Part shown: in pieces, positions 19,675-31,527 of the stretch | Numbering within the stretch: position 1 is the first letter of the stretch | Layout of the letters: each line of letters opens with the position of its first letter | Source: Azolla caroliniana | Lineage: Eukaryota > Plantae > Polypodiophyta | NCBI GenBank assembly: GCA_043228905.1 | Contig: JBHGNT010000016.1 | Span: 5,828,001 to 5,892,000, forward strand | Length of the DNA: 64,000 bases | Direction: 5' to 3' | Translations under genes and position numbers: made by a program | The notes under the pieces: model-generated | What the model was told of the DNA's origin: nothing | Seen by the model: the letters and a program-made list of their open reading frames with translations, nothing else | Databases searched by the model: none

Positions 19675-22600
19675 ATGGTCTGCCTTGCCTCGCTCTCCTT
19701 CTCCTTCTCCTTCTCCTTCTTCCTATTGATCCCGGTCTCACTCGCAATCACTCACCCTGGCGATGGTATATATGACAAACAAATCTTATATCCTCTCTTC
19801 ATTTATCGTATGCCTGCCTGCCTGCAAGGATCTACCGTGATTGTCTCTGAAATTTAGGGTTAGCGTTAGGTTCAAACTTCAAGGTTCGGATGTGTGTTTG
19901 GGTTTTATGGTTTATGTCTAGGGTTGGTGATTAGGATTAGAGAATGCGAGTCATGTTTTTTAAAGAATTTAAATTAGTTTGAAGGAAGCAATTTAAGTTT
20001 TCTTGGTTTGTTGACAGTAGCATAGTTTGAACGAATCTAGGTTTCTTAGGGTTTGTAACCCTGCAATGTGTGAATGGATTTAGGGTTTGGTCAATATGAC
20101 GGAACATTGTAATGGCATTGTTGTATTCTATGAGTCCAACTGTGGAACATAATATGGATTTCCAAAGGATGTAGAGTTTTCAGGGTTTTCTGATCATATT
20201 ATAGTTTTAGTTTGAAACAGCACAGGATTTTAAGGGTTGGTTGGAAAAAAGCGTGGTTTGAATTAATGTGGAAATTTAGGGTTCAATTTACCTAGAATCG
20301 ATTAGAACGAATATAGGTTTTTAGGGTATGTTGAACATAATGTACCAGGTAAATTGGATGGGTTTAGAGAGGTTGTTGAATATAGTAATTCCAAGGGAAT
20401 TTAGGGTTTGTGGAACATAGTTTGGGTGGAAAAAAAATTCAGGGTTTAGTATTGTCTTCATAATTAAATCCATCTGTAATCTTGTTGAGAGTGAGAGAGA
20501 GAGAGAGAGACAAAAGGGGTCCTATGCATTTTTGTTCTGTAACAATGTTGTTGGGACAGCTTCAGCCCTTGGGAATCTCTACACGGCTCTCAACTTCCCT
20601 TCACAGTTGACATCATGGACAAGCACTGGTGGAGACCCATGTGGCCAAATGTCATGGAAAGGAGTGCAATGCAGTGGTCCTGCTGTGACTGAGCTGTAAG
20701 TAGAAACTGGATACCCTAAACCCTAACCTTTCTAGTATTATTACCTTAGCTTGTAGAAGCATTGTTTTTAGTCTTCCATTGTAAGAGTAGGAGATTGATT
20801 TGGAAAATAGTCCCTTTTTTAGATTAACTTGGATGGAATGGGATCGATGTTAAGCCAACTTTGGTGCTTTGGTTAATCTTCTGGAAGAGTTTATTGCTCT
20901 TGCTCACTCTCATGATATTGCAAGAAGAGTTATTGTATTTTATGGATGCATTTTGTTTTGCATTCCATTACAAGTCCTAAACCTAAAGCTTTTTCAAACT
21001 TTACAGACATCTCCAGGGACTTGGACTTTCTGGTCAGCTTGGCTACCAGTTAGCTCAACTCATATCTTTGAATGTAATGTAAGTTTCATGTGTCCATATT
21101 TGTGTACTTTGATCATCAATTTCGTACACCCATTGTCACCTTTCTCTGGTTAAATTGTTTGGCTCAAAATTTGTTCAGGGATGTTAGCAACAATTTCATA
21201 TCAGGACAGATACCTTATCAACTTCCCCCTAATCTTCAAACATTGTATGTTCCTTTAGAGTCCACACCAAATATATTTTGAGATATTTCGATGAACAACA
21301 GTCACATCCTGACTCTGGAACCTGTATGCAGAAACATAGGAAACAACAACTTTGATGGTACTCTTCCCTATTCAATCTCAAGCATGGCAAATTTGACATA
21401 TCTGTAAGTAATTTTATCTTCTTCTTCCGATTGATGAATTCAGGCAAGCATCATTGCCATTTTAGTTCTAATTCATCTCCGAATTTTCAGGAATGCCAGC
21501 CATAACCACCTTAATGGAGACCTCTCAGACATGTTCTCAAAACTCATTGACATTTCTATTATGTGTGTTTATAATTCAACTCTTTTCTTCTTCTTCTCTT
21601 CGGTTGTCTAATCTCTTTCAATTCTTAGTTTCCACTGCATATAAAACTAATAGAGGTCTCTCTTTTGTGCTTTAACACCATCTTAGTATATCGTTTAGCT
21701 TGTAGATGATGATTATATTGCTTCTTGTAGAGACCTATCTTTCAATGCCATCACTGGACCCATTCCACAGTCTTTTTCAGCCTTGACAAGCCTTACATCA
21801 TTGTAAGATCCCTTCAGCCTCTTTTATATTCACTGTGGTACCAGTAACTATTATATATATTTGAGATTTTGTAAATGCATCTTTTTAGGTACATTCAAAA
21901 CAACCAGTTCACAGGAGATCTCAATGTGTTGTCTGATCTTCAGTTGCATGATTTGTGAGTTGTTCCTTTCTTCCTAAAAACTCTCCACAGCTGTTTGTTT
22001 TTTCATGTAATGATAGAGACAATGCAATATTAGCAAGCAGTAAAAGGAATAATAATTGCAGGGATGTAGAGAACAATCAGTTCACAGGATGGGTTCCAGC
22101 TTCCTTTAGTACCATTCCAAATGTGAAGTAAGTATAAATTATCAGGAGGAATAGCAAACAACTTCTAAATTTTCAAAAGGACTAGAATACAACAAGTTAT
22201 GCTGTAGTGAACTTTGTACTACAGAGGGGCATCTTGGCATTTCTTGAAAATTTAATGGTATTTTCTAAAGGGGGTTATTTTCCTTGAACTTGTAGTATAA
22301 GGTCGTCTCCATCATTCGCTTAAAATATTCGTTAATGCCAGATTATTCTTAATGTTGAAGGTATGGAGGGAATTCATTCAGCTCTTCCCCTGCTCCTCCT
22401 CCACCACCATTTCTTCCTCCACCACCAGCATCGAAATCCCCTAGCAAATCACCCAAATCTACTAATTCTGAAAGGAAATCCAATCAGTCTTCTTCGGGTA
22501 GTGGCTCGGTCCTCAACAAGGGAGCCATTGCTGGCATAGTGATTGCTTGCATACTAGGTCTCATTTTTGTAGTTCTTCTAGTGGTTTACTTACGCTGGAA

Positions 22601-23474
22601 GCCTCACAATCATCATGATGAAGAAAAGAAGGCCACAGCGTCTCTAGTAGCTCCAGTCGTGTCTTCCAAAGGTGTGGTTATTTTACCTTTGAAAGCTTCT
22701 TTTTTATTTATGTTGCTGAAACATGCATGTTTTGTTTTTATAAATGTTTACTTCTACCTATGCATGCAATTTATGTATGCACACATCGATTTCTTATGTT
22801 CGCAATATATGCTAGGATCCATATACATGTTTTTCTTTTGTAAGGATAGAAATCTTGCACCTTCCACGCTGAAATGTGTATTGTTCTGCATATCTGTGTG
22901 GATGTGTATACATAGATTTCGTTTGTATGCAATGTGTGCTGAAATCAATATGCTTGCATTTATTTCTCGTGTGCATACAAATCTTACACCATCCATACTG
23001 ATATGTATGCACATATATGTGGATGTGCTCGTGTATTTCCTTGTAGAATCCTCCAAACACCTGATTTTTTTCTTTGACAAATGAAGCTGCTGATTCTTGT
23101 CTTATGTACTCGGACATGATACATTGCAATTCATGTTCCCGTTCCATCACTCTCTGATCTTAAAATCCCTTTCCCTCCTTATGTATTAATTATATACACA
23201 TATTTGGTAGGTGTCACATGAGAACATGTTTGCATAGTAATGCATTCTTTCTTTCTCTCTTTCTCTAACGCACACACACATGGTAGGTGCACATGGAGAG
23301 CACATTGACCTAGGAATGTGGAACTGCTGATTCTTGTTTTATGTACTTAGACATAATACATTGCAATTCATGTTCCCTTTCCACCACTCTCTCATCTTAA
23401 GATCCCTTTACCTGTATCAATTATATACACATTTGATAGGTGGCACTTGAGAGCAAGTTTGCATAGTAATGCAT

Positions 23475-23512
<38 letters not shown>

Positions 23513-26277
23513 ATGTTAGGTGCACCTGGAGAGCACATTGACATAGGAATGCGATTTCTCTCTCTTATATGTCTCCCATAGGCCAATTGTTGGCCTCTAT
23601 GCGCTAATATGTATTTTTTCTAAACATATGTATAAAATAGTGGTGACATGTACAATATGCACATAATGGTATCTAGTTTGAAGTTTTGGTTAGTGGCAAA
23701 CCATTTCTTTTGTAGTTAAGTAGTTAAATGGTGATGATTTCTGTTCCATGGGCTGTTTGAAAGCTTTTTTATGCTATCAAATTTATCATATAGTTATGCT
23801 TGTGCTGACAAGCTGACTCATTTCTAATTATTAACAGTCCTTAAAGAGAACCCTGAACAAAGACAGACAGCATTGTCAATTGAGGTTACATTAAAGCCCC
23901 CTCCACTAGCCCAAACACCTCAGAAGACTGCTGGAAAAAAACCATCTTCCAAAAAACCAAAGGCCCCGATTGCGGCATCGATGTTCTCCGTGGCAGATTT
24001 GCAAGCTGCAACCAACAGCTTCAGTCAAGAAAATCTTATTGGTGAGGGTGTGGTGGGTCGTGTGTATAGGGCTGAGCTCCCAGATGGCAAGGTATACATG
24101 CTATTCAACTGTAACTATGTAATTTCAATTTAGGGCCACAGTTTTTTGTTGATGGTTTAACAATGCTCTGGTTTTGTGCAGTTGTTAGCTGTTAAGAAGA
24201 TTGATACAAAAGCATCTTCATTGATCCAAAAAGATGAAGATTTCCTGGAAATAGTGTCGAGTATCTCGAGGATTCGCCATGGGAATATTGCGGAGCTTGT
24301 TGGCTATTGTAGTGAACATGGGCAACACTTGCTGGTTTATAAGTATTTTAGCAAAGGTGCTTTAAGTGACATTCTTCATCTTGCCGATGAAACAGACAAA
24401 AGGGAACTCTCTTGGAATGTTCGAGTGAAGATTGCATTGGGCATGGCCCGAGCTCTCGAGTAAGTTAGCTTTTTGCTCTGTTTCTCTATGGTGTGTTTCT
24501 CTGCTTGACATTCATGGAGAAGTTCCAGTACTGTGGTTTTTTCTGTACTGAGAATTTTGATTTGGTAGGTACCTTCATGAGGTGTGCCAGCCATCAGTGG
24601 TGCATAAAAACTTCAAGTCTGCCAATATCCTATTGGATGATGAACTGAATCCTCATCTTTCAGATTGTGGTATTGCTGCTTTCTTGCCAAATCTGGAACG
24701 CCAGGTATCACTGCTCACAAATCATGTCATTGGTTCCGTCACTTGTAACGGGTTCAATGGTACCATACATTCTCATTGATCTTATCCCAACGTCACTTTA
24801 AGATTATTGAGACAAGCTACCTAACAAAGACCCAAAACCTCATTTAATACAGAGTGGCAGGAATCCTCATTGTAATTGTTTTTGGGCTTCATGTGCTTGA
24901 TATTTGACATTTATAATCAGTTTAGTTAGGCAGGAGCGCACGTTCACAAACCATGTGATGTTGGTTCCATCACTTGTAACTGGTTTAAGGGGACCACTCA
25001 TCCTCATTGATATTATCCCATCTTCACTTTTAGATTGTAGAGACAAACTAGCTAACAAAGACCCAAAACCCCATTTCTCCAGGGGTCAGGTCAGTTCTCC
25101 ACAGCCTAATATTATATTAGGGCTCTATGTGCTTGAGATTTGACATTTGTAACTGGTTTAAGCGTAAACACACATTGCATTGATCTTATGTCACCTTATC
25201 TACTAGATTATAAAGACAATTGAAAAGTTCCAAAAGTGCCTTTCTCTAGAGCACAGATAACTCGCATTGTATTGTTTTCAAATCTCAAGGGTTGTATATA
25301 ATACATCCATCTATTTTATTGCAGGTCTCCACACAAATGCTTGGATCATTTGGATATAGTGCTCCAGAATACGCAATGTCTGGAATCTATACGTGGAAAA
25401 GTGATGTGTACAGCTTTGGCGTAGTGATGTTGGAGCTGTTAACTGGACGCAAGCCTCTAGATAAGTAAGTTTGTGAGCATATAACCCTTTGTTTAGGATG
25501 GGGGTTAGGATTGACATGGTGGTGCTGTATTGGAGTATTATTTCACGGAGACTTATTAAATGCAGTGAAAGATCGAGATCTGAGCAGTCTCTTGTACGGT
25601 GGGCGACACCTCAGCTTCATGACATAGACGCACTGGCGAAGATGGTTGATCCAGCGATGAAGGGCATGTACCCTGCAAAATCTCTTTCCCGGTTCGCAGA
25701 TATTATTGCTTTATGCGTTCAGGTATACAATACACTCACTTTACCCATAGATGGTATCATAAGGATTACATTATCCATATCAGCGTTTTTTAGATGACAT
25801 TTGTGTATGTATTATGCAGTAGATGATTTTTGTAACTTAGCCTTTAGATAGTGTAAAAATATCCATCAAACTAGGTTTAATGCGACATATCAATCTGAAT
25901 AAATGACTTCCCATATACAAACATATCTAGAATGAATGCATTTGACATGCCTTGGCTGAAATTAGGGTTTTTTGGTTGGTTTAATTATTTGACATTTGCA
26001 TCATGTATAAGATGAGAATTGTACCTTTCATCAGCTGAACTAAAGCTGAGATAATACATTGCATTTCATTAGCATGGATCATTTATTGGGTTGACAAGAA
26101 TCTGAGATTGTGGGTGATGATTTTCAGCCTGAGCCTGAGTTTCGGCCGCCTATGTCAGAAGTGGTTCAGTCATTGGTGAGGTTGATGCAACGTGCGACTC
26201 TTGGTAAGAAGAAACCTGGTGATGAAGAACAAGGCACAGATATGTCTCATGACTCCATAGATGATGGCTCATTGTAA
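19675..26277 (+). CDS. SRF: STRUBBELIG-RECEPTOR FAMILY LRR-V receptor-like kinase (SRF6/7/8-like), 16 exons, ~712 aa
   Basis: Exons 19675-19765, 20560-20695, 21007-21078, 21179-21244, 21332-21403, 21491-21562, 21731-21802, 21889-21954, 22062-22127, 22361-22671, 23838-24091, 24182-24459, 24569-24704, 25325-25464, 25566-25722, 26128-26277 (2139 nt, open). Domains: signal peptide, SUB/LRRNT ([15 protein letters not shown]), 66/72-nt LRR exons, Pro-rich linker, TM helix, kinase with SRF-type [30 protein letters not shown] and [14 protein letters not shown]. Confidence 0.95.
23085..23560. repeat. ~240-bp tandem duplication in SRF intron 10
   Basis: CTGCTGATTCTTGT...ACATTGCAATTCATGTTCC...GCATAGTAATGCATTC...GGAGAGCACATTGAC.TAGGAATG occurs twice. 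Confidence 0.75.
24714..25300. repeat. ~230-bp degenerate tandem triplication in SRF intron 13
   Basis: TCACAAA.CATGT..TTGGTTCC.TCACTTGTAAC...CATTGAT.TTATCCCA...CTAACAAAGACCCAAAACC occurs twice, plus a partial third copy. Confidence 0.7.
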
Positions 26278-28411
26278 GCAACTCTTACAATGATCTATCT
26301 TCCGGGCCAAAACAAGCTCTTTTAACAGTGTAGATCCACGAGGTTCTTTTAACCTATTCTTGGTGAAGACCCAAGAAATGATATGATACCTTCTGCAATC
26401 AAGCACTACTTTTTATATAGAGATGGAGCTTCTTCCACGTTGTAGGAGACTTTGGCATTGCCTGAGCTATTGATCAACAACAACTGTAATACTAATCTGA
26501 TTCCATTCATTTTTCTACCCATACAAGAGTCTCAGAGGGCATTTTGGATGTAAAAGTATTTTTGCTGGTTACATCATTTTAGTATCTCTTGTGAATTATA
26601 TTTTTTGGAATCCATTGGATTGGAGAAAATACGGTGAATTGTACTTGTTTACCCTTCCATTTATGGTATTCTTGGAGTTTTGGGAGCATTTGTGATTGGA
26701 TTTCTCTTGACATTTTGGTTAGCATGTAATAATGTGTGCACTTGGTAACTTCCTCCTTTAGATGATCTTGTGCTGTGGGTACAACATTCACTTCCATCAA
26801 ATCTGTCAAATTGGGGCTTGTAACTAATTAGCTAGATGCCTTTAGACACACATGATAGTCAACATTCATGTTGATCAAATCTACAAATTGATGAGAGGCA
26901 GTGAAGAATGGATCCTAAAGAAGTCATTTGTAAGCGAAACATGTCACACTTTGTGCGAATGTCAATATATAATGGAAATTCAACTGTTTAGGGTCTGATG
27001 GAAGTGAGAGATTTGCATCTTTAAATAGTTCTATTTATGTGTATGATGTTATAGAATCAACTTGGACTCTAGGTGTCCACGATTATGAGAACAGAGTTAT
27101 TTTGGTGTATGTTGATCAAAAGTTGCTGCAATCCTAGGAATAACACAAGCCATGTTTTATGCAACCTTGTACTCACTATGTATTCCTCTGTATTTTCCTT
27201 GTTATGATTTGATAGATGATCCTCAACATATTCACCTGTAGTTTCCATGATAGGGTTGTAATTTCTCTCATGTGAGAGGCCATTCTTTCATCGAGGATCT
27301 TACCTTATGCATGTGCAATTTCTGTTTCACCACAAGTAATCTTTCTCGTATGCCACGTGGTCATTCGCTCGTGATGATTCATTGTCCATAGTTCCCTTTC
27401 ATTTATTGGGAGCCTCGAGACCAAACAAGCGAGTAGAAAAGAGTGAAATTTCTTTGTTCCTTCATATGTAGGATTGAGTTGATGGTTACTTCCGGTGCTT
27501 CCATCCATTTATTTGCAAGTTTGGATGCCGAAATGGTGACGCATTGTCCACAGTTACCTTACTCTCGTTTATATAGGAGCCTCAAGACCAAACAAGTCTA
27601 CAGAAATGAGTGAGATTTCGTCACTTCTTTGTATGTAGGTTCGAGAGGGTAACTTTTGGTGGTGGTGGTGTAGCCATCCATCCATCCATCCGTCCATCCA
27701 TCCATGTATTGGGTAAGTTTTTGATGGCCAAATTATGGAATCCACGATAACAAACAGAAGTTTCTTCTGCCCGCGGAAGTTACAAAAAGATGCATGGCTT
27801 TATTTCCGTGATTGTATTGTCAATCCAACACGAATAGGAAAGGATAACATGGTAGGAAGAGAAAGAACTAGGGGTAACCAACCCATTGAAGGCCCCAACA
27901 TATAAGTAAGCCATGTAGGATTAGGTCCAATTTTAGTGTTCTCTCTTTAACCCAAGCTGGGTTAATGTTTGGTTCCCTTAACCTGGGTTAGGTTAAGTTA
28001 ACCTTAACCCGAGTTGAGTTAACTGCAGAAGATATACTGATATAAGGGTTTTGCCAACCATTCCCTGTGGTTCGTATGTAACCCCCCCACTCAGTGGAGC
28101 AGGCCCTCCCCCCCACCATTTCTTCTTCCCTCTGCAACATTTACAAAGGTATGGCTCTCTCTTGTGTTTCCTTCAAAACCCTAATTTCAAGCGCCCCCAA
28201 ACCTGGTTAAAAATTGTAATTCTTGAATGAAACTCTTTAAAACCCTAATGTTTTACTACCCCTGTCAAACCCGGATGCTGGTTTCAACCGTCTTAAAAGC
28301 CTAGTATTTCCCTAGTAATGTCAGTTTCGTCAAACCCTAAAATTTCCTTAACACCGGTAAAAACTTCGCGTTTTCTCCGATACCTCTAGTGAACTAATGT
28401 TAGCCCTTCTA

Positions 28412-28511
28412 NNNNNNNNNNNNNNNNNNNNNNNNNNNNNNNNNNNNNNNNNNNNNNNNNNNNNNNNNNNNNNNNNNNNNNNNNNNNNNNNNNNNNNNNN
28501 NNNNNNNNNNN
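28412..28511. other. Assembly gap (100 N)
   Basis: Run of exactly 100 N, a typical placeholder for a gap of unknown size. Confidence 0.99.
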
Positions 28512-28565
28512 ATATTGTTAGGGTAATGGTAATCCATGATAAACTATTAGGTTAATTTTGGCGAA

Positions 28566-28855
28566 GATTTGAACCACATACATACAGCCCGCAGCATCAT
28601 CAAGATTCTCGCCACAAAACGTCATTGGCCTCACAGTTATCCATCCATCCATTATCAAACCTATCCACCAATCTTATGCTGAGTCCATCGCTTCTTTCCT
28701 TATTTTGATTGCGTTTCAGTCTAAATCGCCTATATTTCCCATATATTACATCAATAACTATATTTATGCCGTTTTTTTGTCTGATTTTCGTGATCTTGTT
28801 CTTGAGCTCCATTTTTGAAGTGAGAAACTTGATGATGCTGCCTACTGTTCAAATC
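28566..28855 (-). ncRNA. MIR172: MIR172 precursor hairpin (mature 28609-28589, star 28841-28821)
   Basis: Minus-strand 3' arm reads AGAAUCUUGAUGAUGCUGCGG; its first 19 nt equal canonical miR172. The 5' arm reads GCAGCAUCAUCAAGUUUCUCA. The two form a duplex with one U-U mismatch and 2-nt 3' overhangs. The upper stem continues to CAAAA/UUUUG, the lower stem includes GAUUUGAAC/GUUCAAAUC, and the loop is ~190 nt. Confidence 0.88.
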
Positions 28856-29653
28856 AAGATTTTAAGACAGACGCCCCCCCAAAAAAAGCAAAAAGAGCAG
28901 AAAGGAATCGCATAACATCAACACCTCTATAATCGTCATATGCATATATATATTAGGTTAATCCATACTTCGAATTTCAAGGTTACACAGAGAAAGGAAG
29001 GATAGAAGATATTGTGGGACATGATTTGTACAGTGACTGGCACATGAATCACAACAGATACATATGATGGCAGTAAAAACCATGGGGTTTTTCCATATCA
29101 ACTAACATAAATCGCTCATGAGTATGCAATACAAATGCATGCTAAGGCTTTGCTTGATTTGATGGAGCCCACGCTGCAGGAGTACAACTTCATGAATAGA
29201 AATATGCACACAAATGATCCATATACAGATGCACAAATATGCAGATGCAGGCTCACATCTGCTCAGATCATCCTTTAGGCTGATTAAAGGGAGAGATGTA
29301 GATATAAACAAAAAACAGAGAAAGTCAACAGAGGGACACAGAAACTCTAAACCCTAAACATACATGTATACAATAAGGTGAATATTGTTAATATGAAGCT
29401 TTTCTGAAACTTCCTACACAGACAGAGTGTAGCGAGAAAGAAAACAACCACCTCCCCCACCAAAGATTTTGTTTTTTATGCCGAAGCTAGAAGAATCAAT
29501 CAATTATATCATGCCTTTTACTTGAATTGATTGAGAAAAGGCAACAGAAACGAGGATTAGGCAAGGCAAACAGACTGGAAAGCAACAGATTATCAAGAGA
29601 GGATCATTAAATCATAATAATGAACAGAGAGGGATACATATGCACTACTATCA

Positions 29654-29693
<40 letters not shown>

Positions 29694-29930
29694 ATCTGAT
29701 CGGATCTGTCTCTGTAACTCTGTGTCTCTTCTCTACATGGGATGGGATTATGGCCATAATGAATGAAAGAATGGGGGGGGGGGGGGGGGGCAGGGCATTA
29801 AATTGAATTTTATAACAGTCCTAAGAATTAATTCATGGAGGTGGAGGGGGGGGGTGGATCCCAAATCAAAAGAGAAAAAAGTGAACAAGATTGAATATGG
29901 ATTCAATGGACACAGAAAACCATTGCTTTA

Positions 29931-29938
29931 TATTTATA
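29931..29938 (-). promoter_or_regulatory. Candidate TATA box for pri-MIR172
   Basis: TATAAATA on the minus strand ~1.1 kb upstream of the hairpin, inside a GA/CT-microsatellite-rich promoter-like region (29650-30720). Position is inferred only. Confidence 0.3.
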
Positions 29939-30213
29939 CACACACATATATGTATAAAATATATAACTGAATTGTACCTCCTCTGCCTTTCCCTCATTCA
30001 TTCATTCATATTAGGTCTACTAAGCTTAGCTTCTTTTTCTTTTTTCTTCTTCTTTTTTTTCATAAAAAAGAAAAAGAAAAAGAAAGGAAGTTAGGGTTTC
30101 TGAAAAGCTAAGTGAATAGGAAGGAAGAGGAACAGAGTATAAAATCTTCCTGGGAAAATGTGGGCGAAGTTTAAGGAGAAAAGAAGAAGGAAAGGAAGGA
30201 AAGAGAGAGTCTC

Positions 30214-30248
<35 letters not shown>

Positions 30249-30667
30249 GGAAGAAAATTTGGTGTGTTTTCATGTCAGAGAAGAGGGACAGAGAGACAGA
30301 GAAAACTGTATGTATGTATTTATGTGTGTGTATTTGTTGTTATGTTATGGTATATGTATGCCTAAATCAAACCAATAATGGTTTTTTGAGTCTGTAGTAA
30401 CTACTACTACTACTACATCTATATTGCATAGCTAGCTAGCTATAACAATCTATCTATTATTATCTATGTTTAGGTGCCCCTCTACATTTAGATAGGATTG
30501 ATTGATTGATTCATAGAGAGCTAGATAGATTGATAGATTGATAGATTGATCTAAGATAGGTATATGTGCCTGCCTTCCTGCCTCTTATATATTATATGCT
30601 AATGTGTGTAAGGGAGAAGAGGTGCAAACTCTCATCTATCTAGAAAGAGACAAAGAGAAAGTTTGTT

Positions 30668-30698
<31 letters not shown>

Positions 30699-30872
30699 TG
30701 TGTTGTGTATGTATTGTGTGTGTTTGCTCGCGCCAACTACACACTCTCTTTCGAGGATGTTTTGTGGCCCACATGGCACTCGCACTTTGGAGGAGAAACC
30801 GTGTGTGCACACTCTTACTTGAAGGGGACACTCAGACACACTCTTTAGAGGAGAAAGGTAGGGGGTGGGGAT

Positions 30873-31136
30873 GCCCATGCATGTACCCTTGAGACATGGG
30901 AGTGTATTCGCACACACATGCCCTCACGAGCAGAAGAAGAAGCAGTGTATCGATGTCCCTGCCCATGCATGTACCCTTGAGAGATGAGAGTGTATGCGCA
31001 CACACATGCCCTCACGAGCAAAAGAAGAAGAAGAAGTGTATCAATGTCCCAGCCCATGCATGTACCCTTGAGAGATGGGAGTGTATGCGCACACGCATGC
31101 TCTCACTAGCAGAAGAAGAAGTGTATCGATGTCCCT
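30873..31136. repeat. ~85-90-bp tandem repeat, 3 copies
   Basis: GCCCATGCATGTACCCTTGAGA.ATG.GAGTGTAT.CGCACAC.CATGC.CTCAC.AGCA(GAA)nGTGTATC.ATGTCCC, three times. Confidence 0.85.
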
Positions 31137-31413
31137 CCAATTGGAGATCAATGTGAACCCATATTCATGAGACCAGAACAGTATGTATATCAATCATATA
31201 AGATTCTTCGAGAAAATGAAGATTTTGAAATGTGCTAAAATAAAGGATATAAGAATGTGAAATTGACTATTATGTGGACTCCATGAGATGCGTCATCTCT
31301 GACTTGTACTTTGGTACATCGAGTGTCTCCAAGTGACCGAGCCTCTAATGCTACCCAATGATAGTTCTTATGTGTTTCTATGGAGAGGGTATTTCATTCT
31401 TTGGGTATCTCCT

Positions 31414-31527
31414 AGGTAACCCCTTTGGGATAATCTATTTGCTTCTCATGTACTCTGGAGATAGTGTGCAGGTAATCCCTTTGGGATAACCTATTTGCTT
31501 CTTGTGTACTCTGGAGATAGTGTGCAC
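31414..31527. repeat. ~57-bp tandem duplication
   Basis: GGTAA.CCCTT.GGGATAA.CTATTTGCTTCT..TGTACTCTGGAGATAGTGTGCA, twice. Confidence 0.75.

Noticed and set aside
28600-28812. 70-aa minus-strand ORF
   Set aside because: It lies in the loop and 3' arm of the MIR172 hairpin, has no recognisable domain, and is better explained as non-coding.
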